Below are positions 43,790 through 56,569 of a DNA stretch of 64,000 bases, one piece after another. Source of the DNA: Macrostomum lignano (lineage: Eukaryota); contig NIVC01001342.1 in the NCBI GenBank assembly GCA_002269645.1, positions 186,001-250,000 of the forward strand. Direction: 5' to 3'. Within the stretch, counting starts at the first letter, position 1. Each line of letters starts with the position of its first letter. Position numbers and translations under genes: made by a program. The notes below the pieces were generated by a model, which did not search any database, had not been told where the DNA came from, and saw nothing but the letters and a program-made list of their open reading frames with translations.

Positions 43790-45012
43790 CGATTCACTCA
43801 GTGAGCAATCTGATCACAAATTCACTCAGTGAGCAATCTGATCACCGATTCACTCAGTGAGCAATCTGAGCACAAATCTTCACTCAGTGAGCAATCTGAG
43901 CACAAATCTTCACTCAGTGAGCAATCTGAGCACAGATCTTCACTCAGTGAGCAATCTGATCACAGATCTTCACTCAGTGAGCAATCTGATCACAGATCTT
44001 CACTCAGTGAGCAATCTGATCACAGATCTTCACTCAGTGAGCAATCTGATAACATATTCACTCAGTGAGCAATCTGATCACATATTTACTCAGTGAGCAA
44101 TCTGATCACAGATTCACTCAGTGAGCAATTTGATCACCGATTCACTCAGTGAGCAATCTGATCACAGATCTTCACTCAGTGAGCAATCTGATCACAGATC
44201 TTCACTCAGTGAGCAATCTGATCACAGATCTTCACTCAGTGAGCAATCTGATAACATATTCACTCAGTGAGCAATCTGATCACATATTTACTCAGTGAGC
44301 AATCTGATCACAGATCTTCACTCAGTGAGCAATCTGATCACCGATTCACTCAGTGAGAAATCTGATCACATATTCACTCAGTGAGCAATCTGATCACCGA
44401 TTCACTCAGTGAGCAATCTGATCACAGATCTTCACTCAGTGAGCAATCTGATCACAGATCTTCACTCAGTGAGCAATCTGATCACAGATTCACTCAGTGA
44501 GCAATCTGATCACAGATCTTCACTCAGTGAGCAATCTGATCACAGATCTTCACTCAGTGAGCAATCTGATCACAGATTCACTCAGTGAGCAATCTGATCA
44601 CCGATTCACTCAGTGAGCAATCTGAGCACAAATCTTCACTCAGTGAGCAATCTGAGCACAAATCTTCACTCAGTGAGCAATCTGAGCACAGATCTTCACT
44701 CAGTGAGCAATCTGAGCACAAATCTTCACTCAGTGAGCAATCTGAGCACAGATCTTCACTCAGTGAGCAATCTGAGCACAGATCTTCACTCAGTGAGCAA
44801 TCTGAGCACAAATCTTCACTCAGTGAGCAATCTGAGCACAAATCTTCACTCAGTGAGCAATCTGAGCACAAATCTTCACTCAGTGAGCAATCTGAGCACA
44901 AATCTTCACTCAGTGAGCAATCTGAGCACAAATCTTCACTCAGTGAGCAATCTGAGCACAAATCTTCACTCAGTGAGCAATCTGAGCACAAATCTTCACT
45001 CAGTGAGCAATC
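43790..45012. repeat. 27/30-bp minisatellite
   Basis: (CACTCAGTGAGCAATCTGATCACAGATCTT)n and variants. Confidence 0.97.
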
Positions 45013-45341
45013 CCTGATAAAGTCGAATTTATGCATTTTGCATGCTGCATGCAAATTTCGTTATGAAAGAGTTTCTCACGAAGATTTTTCTCTCTAAAAT
45101 GTTTCGAAATTGTCACTGTGTTGAGCAGCCTGAAATTCTTGACAATTTTCTACCAATAAATCACAATAACTGAAAGCAAAGCTGCTTGTATCAAAACCCA
45201 CAGAGATAAGACAGAGTTATGCAGAAAGCAGCCCTGATATTCGGTACATGCCTGCATAAACTCGGATCCCCCCGAATCGATCGAGCTTCAACTTCGACTC
45301 GACACCGTTTTGCATCTCCCAAGCCGCTCACCCAGCCAGCA

Positions 45342-45991
45342 ATGTCACTCTCCCAGCTCACAGCCGCCGCCGCCCTGCTGCTCCTCTCCACTGCAGGCAC
45401 CGGCTTCGCCTACAGGGAGTCCATAAAAGTGAACGGACTGCCGGGGGATGTGATTTACACCTTCACCACAGTCCTGCGGCGCATGAGATTCACCTGTGGC
45501 GACACGCTGGCCGAGAGACTGTACGATGCGGCATTCATCCGGTTCCCCCACAACTCCGTGACGGTGGTGGTCTTCGACACGATCTGGGGCCCCGACGGCA
45601 GCCACTTCTCACCTTGCCGCAGCTTCCAGTTTCAGTTTGAGAATGGTGGCAAAAAGTGCAGCTTCTACATCTAATTGGCCTTGAAAGGTGGAAGTCGGGC
45701 GGCTGGAGCAACCGGGACCTGCACACCCAGCTGGAGCGCGCCAGGGACACCTTCGCTGCCACTGGAAGGCCGCTGACAGCAGCCAAGCAGGTTCTCGATA
45801 GCGTGGACCTGCGGGCTGACTGCAGCAGCATCAGCATGCTCCGGGCATTCAAAGAGTACACGCGCCGAAGGAACGGCGGGCTTCGACGGGTGAACATTTT
45901 CTTCCGAGCGACGCCGTACACCATCGGGACGGCCGAGTACCGCGGGGCGGGCGGCGGGGCTAGCTGGGTAAAGCTGTTCGCTGCCACCTGA
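45342..45991 (+). CDS. Small secreted protein (~215 aa), intronless, split by an apparent 1-nt deletion at ~45671
   Basis: Signal-peptide-like MSLSQLTAAAALLLLSTAGTGFA. ORF1 ends SFYI* at 45674 and the overlapping ORF continues LIGLERWKSGG..LFAAT*. One extra C joins them. Confidence 0.6.
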
Positions 45992-46154
45992 GCTGCCTCT
46001 GCGACTCGCGCTATTCGAGGTCAATCTGGCCAAACTGCTAAACCGGAAATTCTGTTTTAGTTTTGAGAGCGGAGAAATAAACGCCAAATATTAATCACTC
46101 GGATGTTTAATCCGCTGATTGGCTCTATTTCTAGCTTTTGGGAAACTAGCCACC

Positions 46155-47155
46155 AGTGACCAGTGACCACTGCTGCTCATTCAGTGACCACTGCTGCTCA
46201 TTCAGTGACCACTGCTGCTCATTCAGTGACCACTGCTGCCCATTCAGTGACCACTGCTGCTCATTCAGTGACCACTGCTGCTCATTCAGTGACCACTGCT
46301 GCTCATTCAGTGACCACTGCTGCTTATTCAGTGACCACTGCTGCTCATTCAGTGACCACTGCTGCTCATTCAGTGACCCTGCTGCCCATTCAGTGACCAC
46401 TGCTGCTCATTCAGTGACCACTGCTGCTCATTCAGTGACCACTGCTGCTCATTCAGTGACCACTTCTGCTCATTCAGTGACCACTGCTGCTCATTCAGTG
46501 ACCACTGCTGCTCATTCAGTGACCACTGCTGCTCATTCAGTGACCACTGCTGCTTATTCAGTGACCACTGCTGCTCATTCAGTGACCCTGCTGCCCATTC
46601 AGTGACCACTGCTGCTCATTCAGTGACCACTGCTGCTCATTCAGTGACCACTGCTGCTCATTCAGTGACCACTTCTGCTCATTCAGTGACCACTGCTGCT
46701 CATTCAGTGACCACTGCTGCTCATTCAGTGACCACTGCTGCTCATTCAGTGACCACTGCTGCTCATTCAGTGACCCTGCTGCTCATTCAGTGACCACTGC
46801 TGCTTATTCGGTGACCACTGCTGCTCATTCAGTGACCACTGCTGCTTATTCGGTGACCACTGCTGCTCATTCAGTGACCACTGCTGCTTATTCGGTGACC
46901 ACTGCTGCTCATTCAGTGACCACTGCTGCTCATTCAGTGACCACTGCTGCTCATTCAGTGACCACTGCTGCTCATTCAGTGACCACTGCTGCTCATTCAG
47001 TGACCACTGCTGCTCATTCGGTGACCACTGCTGCTCATTCAGTGACCACTGCTGCTCATTCAGTGACCACTGCTGCTCATTCAGTGACCACTGCTGCTCA
47101 TTCAGTGACCACTGCTGCTCATTCAGTGACCCACAGCTGCCCCATTCAGTGACCC
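46155..47155. repeat. 21-bp minisatellite
   Basis: (CAGTGACCACTGCTGCTCATT)n. Confidence 0.97.
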
Positions 47156-47339
47156 ACTGCAGCACCGTGTGTTGAAAAGTGGTTGTCAGCTGCAGTTCCC
47201 CATGGAGCGATGCACATTAACAAAACTCAAATTACGGGCCATCTGAACAGTCAAATTTGTATCTGTGCAATGCACAGTCAGTTTATCAGTGTCCTGTAGC
47301 TACTAGTATGTGCATGCACTCAGTTGAGTATTGATTCTG

Positions 47340-47690
47340 TGTCTCTGTGTCCTTGGTGTCTGTGTCCTTGGTGTCTGTGTCCTTGGTGTCTGTGTGTCCT
47401 TGGTGTCTGTGTGTCCTTGGTGTCTGTGTGTCCTTGGTGTCTGTGTGTCCTTGGTGTCTGTGTGTCCTTGGTGTCTGTGTGTCCTTGGTGTCTGTGTGTC
47501 CTTGGTGTCTGTGTGTCCTTGGTGTCTGTGTGTCCTTGGTGTCTGTGTGTCCTTGGTGTCTGTGTGTCCTTGGTGTCTGTGTGTCCTTGGTGTCTGTGTG
47601 TCCTTGGTGTCTGTGTGTCCTTGGTGTCTGTGTGTCCTTGGTGTCTGTGTGTCCTTGGTGTCTGTGTGTCCTTGGTGTCTGTGTGTGTGT
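47340..47690. repeat. 17-bp minisatellite
   Basis: (GTGTCCTTGGTGTCTGT)n. Confidence 0.95.
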
Positions 47691-48269
47691 CTGGTATCTG
47701 GTAGATTGCAGTGCAGTGAGACAAATCTAGTCAGTCTGGACAAATTGACTAGCCAAGTCATAATTACAAGCAAAGAGGCGAGGAAACGATGGCTCATAGG
47801 CAAACTTTTTATTGATAATTCGCGTATGGCAGGGCAGGTGCAAAGTAAATATTGAATCAATAATATTTGGGGTCAAAAGCATGCACAAATGGTGCAAACA
47901 TGAGTATGAAAAAGCATAGAAGAAGCGCAAGAAGTAAAGAGAGAGAGAGACAAGTGCAGCATGCACTCGCTGAGCATAAACCACAAACACAAGCCCAACA
48001 TTTGTCTGTCTGTTAGGCTGGTGTCTCTATATAATATATTGATAAATATCCGGACAGAATTCTAAGGGATAAAAGTGGCATCATAAAGGATCAAAGCGTC
48101 TGTCTTGTTGCCAAACAGAATTCAGCATCTATCCTCCATCATGAGGCATATGAAGAATGCATTGGCTGAAACAGACAAGGAAAAGCATAGACAAGTGGCA
48201 GTTTCTTGATTTCTTGAGTCTGTCAACATCTCCCTGCACTGCATCAGGGATGTGGCACTCGCAGGCCAA

Positions 48270-50245
48270 TCACCCTCTGCCGCTCATGCGGAACTGCACA
48301 GCCAGGACTTTCGCATCGGGGCTGCCGGCCAGGGCGGAGGATTCGGCCGGAACGGCGGCGGAGTTGAAGAGGCGGCACTCGAGCTCGGAGGCGCGGAACA
48401 GGACGAGCTTGCAGTCCGGCCGCGTCAGGCAGAACTGCAGGCACTCGACCTCCGATCTTGTCCGCTGCTCCACGGACAGCAGGCTGGCTGATGTGGCCGA
48501 GAAGGCTGGCTTCACGTCCTGAGCGCTGAGCTCGTTGTACCCTGCAACTGAAATTTGCAGCGGGGAGAGAGCAGGCCTGTATTGATGCCACCAGAGGCGC
48601 CAGCACCAGAGGCGCCAGCACCAGAGGCGCCAGCACCAGAGGCGCCAGCACCAGAGGCGCCAGCACCAGAGGCGCCAGCACCAGAGGCGCCAGCACCAGA
48701 GGCGCCAGCACCAGAGGCGCCAGCACCAGAGGCGCCAGCACCAGAGGCGCCAGCACCAGAGGCGCCAGCACCAGAGGCGCCAGCACCAGAGGCGCCAGCA
48801 CCAGAGGCGCCAGCACCAGAGGCGCCAGCACCAGAGGCGCCAGCACCAGAGGCGCCAGCACCAGAGGCGCCAGCACCAGAGGCGCCAGCACCAGAGGCGC
48901 CAGCACCAGAGGCGCCAGCACCAGAGGCGCCAGCACCAGAGGCGCCAGCACCAGAGGCGCCAGCACCAGAGGCGCCAGCACCAGAGGCGCCAGCACCAGA
49001 GGCGCCAGCACCAGAGGCGCCAGCACCAGAGGCGCCAGCACCAGAGGCGCCAGCACCAGAGGCGCCAGCACCAGAGGCGCCAGCACCAGAGGCGCCAGCA
49101 CCAGAGGCGCCAGCACCAGAGGCGCCAGCACCAGAGGCGCCAGCACCAGAGGCGCCAGCACCAGAGGCGCCAGCACCAGAGGCGCCAGCACCAGAGGCGC
49201 CAGCACCAGAGGCGCCAGCACCAGAGGCGCCAGCACCAGAGGCGCCAGCACCAGAGGCGCCAGCACCAGAGCACCCACTACTCACCAGCGTAGACGTCAA
49301 CCTCGCAGAAGTTGAAGTAGTTCTGAGTGCTGGCGGTGAGGCCTGTGCGGTTCTTGTACAGGGCCAGGTAGCGGCCGGACACCGGCTGGGAGCAGGTGAG
49401 AGGGATCGGGTTGGTGGCGTCGGTCGGCACCCCGGTCCAGTAGGAGCAGCGGATGAACAAGCTTTGGTCGAAGCTGGACCACACCGCATGGTTGGATGAT
49501 ATGCCTGAGAATATCATGGGGAATTTCATCTGGAGAATTGCATTCTGGGGAATTTTATCTGGAGAATTGTGTACTCTGTGGGTCGCGCAGATTCTAAGGA
49601 ATTGCATTTGTAGGAATTTTCATCTGGAATGGTATCCGGGGAAGTGCATCTGGGGGAATTGCAACTGGGGAATCGCATCTAAGGGAATTTTATCCGGGGA
49701 ATTGCATCTGGGGAATCGCATCTAAGGGAATTTTATCCGCGGAATTGCATATGGGGGAATTGTATCTGGGAATTGCATCTGGGGGAATTGTGTCTGGGGA
49801 ATTGTATATGGGGGAATTGTATCTGGGAATTGCATATGGGGGGAATTGTATCCGGGGAATTGCATATGGGGGAATTGTGTCTGGGGAATTGTATCCGGGG
49901 AATTGCATCTGGGGGAATTGTATCTGGGAATTGCATATGGGGGGAATTGTATCCGGGGAATTGCATATGGGGGAATTGTATCTGGGAATTGCATATGGGG
50001 GGAATTGTATCCGGGGAATTGCATATGGGGGAATTGTGTCTGGGGAATTGTATCCGGGGAATTGCATCTGGGGGAATTGTATCTGGGTGAATCACATCCG
50101 GGTAATCGCTGACTCACCGAGGCTAACCTGGGTGAAGCGGATCTCATCAGAGGCATCTAGACGGTTCCACACCTGGACACTAGCGATGCGGTATTCCTGT
50201 TGCAGGTCCAGCATCCACCAGGGCACGGCGTCAGCACCAGACATT
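48270..50245 (-). CDS. F-type lectin (fucolectin/FTP) + PAN/apple domain protein; 3' exons ~50245-50118, 49504-49286, 48541-48270
   Basis: PWWMLDLQQEYRIASVQVWNRLD and CSQPVSGRYLALY..FCEVDVY are FTP motifs. RSEVECLQFC..C..F....CRL is PAN-like. GT-AG junctions are phase 1-1 compatible. The 5' exon boundary and start codon were not found. Confidence 0.8.
48588..49272. repeat. Perfect 15-bp intronic satellite (~45 copies)
   Basis: (CACCAGAGGCGCCAG)n between lectin exons. Confidence 0.98.
49520..50090. repeat. Imperfect GGGGAATTGCATCTG-type intronic satellite
   Basis: Direct reading. Confidence 0.9.
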
Positions 50246-51855
50246 GATTGTGTCTCAATTGTCAGGGGATTGTGTCTCAGTTGTCAGGTGATTGTGACTC
50301 AGTTGTCAGGCGATTGTATCTCAGTTGTCAGGCGATTGTATCTCAGTTGTCAGGTGATTGTGTCTCAATTGTCAGGCGATTGTATCTCAGTTGTCAGGTG
50401 ATTGTGTCTCCAGTTGTCAGGTGATTGTGTCTCAGTTGTCAGGAAGTGTGTCTCAGTTGTCAGGTGATTGTGTCTCAGTTTTCAGGTGATTGTGTCTCAA
50501 TTGTCAGGGGATTGTGTCTCAGTTGTCAGGTGATTGTGTCTCAGTTGTCAGGCGATTGTATCTCAGTTGTCAGGCGATTGTATCTCAGTTGTCAGGTGAT
50601 TGTGTCTCAAATGTCAGGCGATTGTATCTCAGTTGTCAGGTGATTGTGTCTCCAGTTGTCAGTTGATTGTGTCTCAGTTGTCAGGAAGTGTGTCTCAGTT
50701 GTCAGGTGATTGTGTCTCAGTTTTCAGGTGATTGTGTCTCAATTGTCAGGTGATTGTGTCTCAGTTGTCAGGTGATTGTGTCTCAGTTGTCAGGAAGTGT
50801 GTCTCAGTTGTCAGGTGATTGTGTCTCAGTTGTCAGGTGATTGTGTCTCAATTGTCAGGTGATTGTGTCTCCAGTTGTCGGGTGATTGTGTCTCAATTGT
50901 CAGGTGATTGTGTCTCAGTTGTCAGGTGATTGTGTCTCAGTTGTCAGGTGATTGTGTCTCAGTTGTCAGGTGATTGTGTCTCAGTTGTCAGGAATTATGT
51001 CTCAGTTGTCAGGTGATTGTGTCTCAGTTGTCAGGTGATTGTGTCTCAGTTGTCAGGAAGTGTGTCTCAGTTGTCAGGTGATTGTATCTCAGTTGTCAGG
51101 TGATTGCGTCTCAGTTGTCAGGTGATTGTGTCTCAGTTGTCAGGTGATTGTATCTCAGTTGTCAGGTGATTGTGTCTCAGTTGTCAGGCGATTGTGTCTC
51201 AGTTGTCAGGTGATTGTGTCTCAGTTGTCAGGAAGTGTGTCTCAGTTGTCAGGTGATTGTGTCTCAGTTGTCAGGTGATTGTGTCTCAATTGTCAGGTGA
51301 TTGTGTCTCCAGTTGTCGGGTGATTGTGTCTCAATTGTCAGGTGATTGTGTCTCAGTTGTCAGGTGATTGTGTCTCAGTTGTCAGGTGATTGTGTCTCAG
51401 TTGTCAGGTGATTGTGTCTCAGTTGTCAGGAATTGTGTCTCAGTTGTCAGGTGATTGTGTCTCAGTTGTCAGGAAGTGTGTCTCAGTTGTCAGGTGATTG
51501 TGTCTCAGTTGTCAGGTGATTGTGTCTCAATTGTCAGGTGATTGTGTCTCCAGTTGTCGGGTGATTGTGTCTCAATTGTCAGGTGATTGTGTCTCAGTTG
51601 TCAGGTGATTGTGTCTCAGTTGTCAGGTGATTGTGTCTCAGTTGTCAGGTGATTGTGTCTCAGTTGTCAGGCGATTGTGTCTCAGTTGTCAGGTGATTGT
51701 GTCTCAGTTGTCAGGTGATTGTGTCTCAGTTGTCAGGTGATTGTGTCTCAGTTGTCAGGTGATTGTGTCCTAGTTGTTAGGTGATTGTGTCTCAATTGTC
51801 AGGTGATTGTGTCTCAATTGTCAGGTGATTGTGTCTCAGTTGTCAGGTGATTGTC
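50240..51855. repeat. 22-bp minisatellite, ~1.6 kb
   Basis: (ATTGTGTCTCAGTTGTCAGGTG)n. Confidence 0.97.
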
Positions 51856-51859
51856 AGAA

Positions 51860-52365
51860 TAAATACCCCTGCCAATAGAGAATCAATACCCCCGCCATTT
51901 CAGAATAAATACCCTTGCCAATTGAAATTCAATACCCCTGCCAATTGAGAATCAATACCCCTGCCAATTGACAATCAATACCCCTGCCAATTGAGAATCA
52001 ATACCCCTGCCAATTGAGAATCAATACCCCTGCCAATTGAGAATCAATACCCCTGCCAATTGAGAATCAATACCCCTGCCAATTGAGAATCAATACCCCT
52101 GCCAATTGAGAATCAATACCCCTGCCAATTGAGAATCAATACCCCTGCCAATTGAGAATCAATACCCCTGCCAATTGAGAATCAATACCCCTGCCAATTG
52201 AGAATAAATACCCCTGCCAATTCAGAATCAATACCCCTGCCAATTGAGAATCAATACCCCTGCCAATTGAGAATCAATACCCCTGCCAATTGAGAATCAA
52301 TATCCCTGAAAAATGAGAATAAATACCCCTGTCAATTGAGAAAAAATACCCCTGCCAATGGAAAA
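51860..52365. repeat. 23-bp minisatellite
   Basis: (CAATACCCCTGCCAATTGAGAAT)n. Confidence 0.95.
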
Positions 52366-52605
52366 TCCCCCACAGCATGAGGGGGTCGCAAAAAAGAACC
52401 AAACAAAAAGCGAGACACAAAAATGCCGATTTCGCAGCCTGTGCTCAGCACACAGGCGGTTCAAGCGAGTTCGAACTTAAGCAACTCAAGCAATTAATTA
52501 TGATCAATAACTATATTGACACTGGGCGGCACGGCCACCCAGCTCTGAATAGAATAGGCAAAAACAGAAAAGCAAAATTTAAACAAATTCAAGCAGATGC
52601 GGGCT

Positions 52606-55600
52606 TCAGTGTAACAGATCCCCAGCCTCATCTCCAGACTCCTCAGCATCATCGTCATCATCCTCATCCTCCTCGCCGCTCTCTTCATCCGCAGCTGCAG
52701 CCTCCGCCGTCGCCGCCGCCGCGTCTCCCGCCGCCTCGCCGGCGCCCAGCAGCTCCGCCAGGTCGGCCGCCTCCAGCAGGCCGGGCAGGCCGGGCCGCGC
52801 CCGCTCGAAGAAGCCGCAGACGGCGCGGCAGTCGCGCAGAAGGAGCTCGCCGGCGCGGGGGTGGCCGCGGTCCGTCCAGCGGGACAGGCCGGTCAGCCAC
52901 ACGGAGCCGCGCCACCACAGCAGGTGGCGGCCGTCCAGGTTGCCGTGCACCAGCCTGGGATGCGGTGGGGGAATTTTGGGAATTTCTCATGCCTAAGGGA
53001 ATTCGGGGATTTCTCATGCTTGGGAATTCGGGGATTTCTCATGCTTGGGAATTCGGGGATTTCTCATGCTTCGGGATTCGGGGATTTCTCATGCCTGGGG
53101 AATTCAGGGATTTCTCATGCTTGGGAATTTGGGGATTTCTCATGCTTGGGAATTCAGGGATTTCTCATGCTTAGGAATTCGGGGATTTCTCATGCTGGGG
53201 AATTCGGGGATTTCCCATGCCTGGGGAATTCAGGGATTTCTCATGCTTGGGAATTTCTCATGCTTGGGAATTCAGGGATTTCTCATGCTTAGGAATTCGG
53301 GGATTTCTCATGCTGGGGAATTCGGGGATTTCTCATGCCTGGGGAATTCAGGGATTTCTCATGCTTGGGAATTTCTCATGCTTGGGAATTTCTCATGCTT
53401 GGGAATTCAGGGATTTCTCATGCTTAGGAATTCGGGGATTTCTCATGCTGGGGAATTCGGGGATTTCTCATGCCTGGGGAATTCAGGGATTTCTCATGCT
53501 TGGGGTATAATGGCAGTATTCAGCAGGCAGCCTGGGCTCGGTGAATGAGAGATCACTCCCCACCCACCTGGCCAGTCGCAGCGTGCTCCGCAGGGCAGTC
53601 ACGGTCAGCTCCCAGGCCTTCATCCAGTCTGCCTCGCTCAGCAGGCCACCTTCAAGGCAGTCGGCCAGCGAGGGCGCCGCGACGCCGTTGGCCCCGACGA
53701 GCTCCGTCAGCAGGAGGTGGCGCCGCAGCATCAGCGGGGCCGGCGAGGCGACGCCCGCCCGGCGAAGTCGGCGAAGGCCGCGCAGCTCGCGCAGGCAGCG
53801 GGCGCGTGGGGAGCCGCGCGGGCTGCACGGCGCCTCCAGCTGAGACTCCGCAGACGTCGCTGCTGCCGCTGCCGCGGAGGAGAGCCGCGACCTGGAGAGC
53901 CGCCGGAAGACCTTGACGACCACATCAGGGGGCATCGGACGGCCGCCCTTGCAGCGGGAGTTCGAGTCGCAGCGGGCGTGGATCAGCTGGAAATTGGGGC
54001 GGTTGCAGTGGGATTTGGCTATTTGGATTTTGCTATTGAGATTCTGCTATTGAGATTTTGCTACTGCGATCTTGCTATTGGGATTTTGCTATTGGGATTT
54101 TGCTATTGGGATTTTGCTATTGGGATTTTGCTATTTGGATTTTGCTATTGGGATTTTGCTATTGGGATTTTGCTATTGAGATTTTGCTATTGGGATTTTG
54201 CTATTGAGATTTTGCTATTGAGATTTTGCTATTGGGATTTTGCTATTGAGATCTTGCTACTGCGATCTTGCTATTGGGATTTCGCTATTGGGATGCACCA
54301 GTGGGGATGTCAGGCGGACATGAAGGCTCCCACCGCTCACCAGGCTCTGGTCGCCCACTTTCAGCACCTCGCCGACCTCCGCCAGCCGCCGGATTGTCAC
54401 AAGGCGCTGCAGCAGCCGGCGGGTCCGCTCGTCCAGCTGCTGCCGCCTCTGCTGCTCCAGCTGCTCCTGCTGGCTCAGCTGCTGCTGGCTGTCCCGCTGC
54501 CTCCTGGCCGCCGACCGCCGCTCCTCCTGTGCCGCGTGCACCTTCAGGCTGTTGTAGACGCGGTTGTCCAGCTGCAGGCCGTCGGTGTCGCCGGTGCGGA
54601 AGCCGGCGTGCCCGAAGCCCGCCATTCGCTCCGCGTTGCGCCGGCCGCAGATCTCGGCGTCGTGCTTCGTCAGCAGGTCGGCGCCGCGGCCGGAGACGCC
54701 GCGCGAGTTAAAGCTGCGCGCTGGCCCGGGCGGCAGCAGCGGCGGCTCCACGGCGGTGGCCGCCGGGTCCTCCTCGGAGTCCGAGGCCGGGGCGCCCGTC
54801 GTGTCCCGGCGCAGGTGGTTGGACAGCGTCACCCGCACCTGCGGCGGGGAGAGGGGGTCTGGGGTCACCTGGGGTCATCAATGATTAGCTGGGCTGAGAT
54901 AAGGTTATTACTGATTTTTTAGGTCAACTGAGGTCACTAGAGATTGTCTGGGATCAACTGAGGTCACTAAAGTTTGTCTGGGGTCAACTGAGCTCACTAG
55001 AGATTGTCTGGGGTCAACTGAGCTCACTAGAGATTGTCTGGGGTCAACTGAGGTCACTAGAGGTTGTCTGGGAACAACTGAGGTCACTAGAGATTGTCTG
55101 GGAACAACTGAGGTCACTAGAGATTGTCTGGGGTCAACTGAGCTCACTAGAGATTGTCTGGGGTCAACTGAGGTCACTAGAGATTGTCTGGTAACAACTG
55201 AGGTCACTAGAGATTGTCTGGGGTCAACTGAGGTCACTAGAGATTGTCTGGGGTCAACTGAGGTCACTAGAGAAAGTCAGGTCTAATGAGGGCGCTAGAG
55301 AAATTCTGAGGTCAACTGAGGTCACTAGATGTTATCTAAGAGAATGCCTGCGTCAGCCCTTAAACCATGCCAATATTCCCAAGCAGCCCATCCAGTCAGC
55401 CAGCAATTTGACTCTCACCTTCTGGTTGCCGTTCAGCTTGGCCTCGCTGAGTCGCACCTGTCTGTCAAACTCCCTGTCAAATTCCTGCTGCAGCATCAGC
55501 GCCAGCACAAAGTCGCTGTCAGACTCGCCGCCCTGACCAGCCGGACTCGAACTCGCGACCTCGTGCTCGTCTTTTGCCAGCCGACTTTCTTCACCATTGC

Positions 55601-55844
55601 CGCTTTGAACCTCGACTGGTGCCAGAGCCTGCAGCTTGGCGGCCAGCCGGAGGTCCTGGCGGAGCTGCTGCTCGCGCTCGTGGTCGGCCAGCTGCTCGGA
55701 CATCACCGAAGCCAGCCCGGACGTCGGCGGCCGCGCCACCGCTGCCCAACCAGCGACCGGAGGCGGCGGCGACTTGCCGCTGGACTCGGGGGTCGCCTGG
55801 CTTGAATTCTGCTGAAATGTGGCCGGCCCCACAGCTGGTGACAC
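52606..55844 (-). CDS. RIOK3: RIO kinase 3-like protein, predicted pseudokinase; exons ~55844-55419, 54838-54341, 53986-53568, 52954-52606
   Basis: SVMSEQLA, SDFVLALMLQQEFDREFD..KLNGNQK|V, TKHDAEICGRRNAERM, LDNRVYNSLKVHA..EERRS, VKVF, HPRAGELLLRDC match RIOK3. GT-AG junctions keep the frame (phases 0,0,2). The start codon was not located. Confidence 0.88.
52965..53505. repeat. ~25-bp intronic satellite (RIOK3-like intron)
   Basis: (GGGAATTCGGGGATTTCTCATGCTT)n. Confidence 0.93.
54005..54292. repeat. 15-bp intronic satellite
   Basis: (GATTTTGCTATTGGG)n. Confidence 0.93.
54918..55330. repeat. 30-bp intronic satellite
   Basis: (GGGGTCAACTGAGGTCACTAGAGATTGTCT)n. Confidence 0.95.
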
Positions 55845-56569
55845 TTGCCGATATGTATCGAAAATAACTTTGCTGATTAAAAATTCCTAAACTACTGAAA
55901 TCGGACTAACATGAGTAGTATACAAAATAAAAGAAGCCGGCGAATGAAGCAATTATTTAGCGAATAATATAACTTATTGTCCGGACAAATTCAAGCAAAA
56001 CAACGTAAAGAAAATCGCGTGGGAACGCGGATAAGTTAATAAATAAAATTAAATCGGATTTCGATTGCACTTAGCTTTGCTTTACTGTCAGTAGGCGAAG
56101 CGAATATTGCAGACAAAATGTGTTTGACTAAAATAAAAATGACGCAATAGGCGCGCTAAGCAATATTAATTAGTAACAATGGTAAAAATAAATTAAATAG
56201 ATGGCATTCAATGCTGCATTACCGGTAATTTGGTAAATTTTCACGATTCAGAAGATGGAGAGTTTCTGACTCACAGGTAAAAGCACTGAGACAACACCGA
56301 CAGCATGCAGAGAGATTCATCCGCAGAGTGAAACGGGACTAGTGGAAAAGATTTGCGGCTAGAAGTGCAAGGTAAATAATTACATAGTAACATAGGTAAT
56401 AAATATTGAACTAATGAGCCACAACAGAATTAATAGTATGATTATACATCGAAATCATTTTAACATGCAGCATAATGCAGGCGTAGAAAATCTGACAGTG
56501 TGGCCAGGAAAATTCATAAGGAATTTACAAAGCGATGAAAAACATCGATTAACAGGTAAAATAGGTCAG

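Noticed and set aside
48244-49499. 300+-aa ORFs in several frames (PEAPA, LVLAP, WCWRL, GASGA repeats)
   Set aside because: A perfect 15-bp satellite is open in all frames, and it lies inside a GT-AG intron of the lectin gene.
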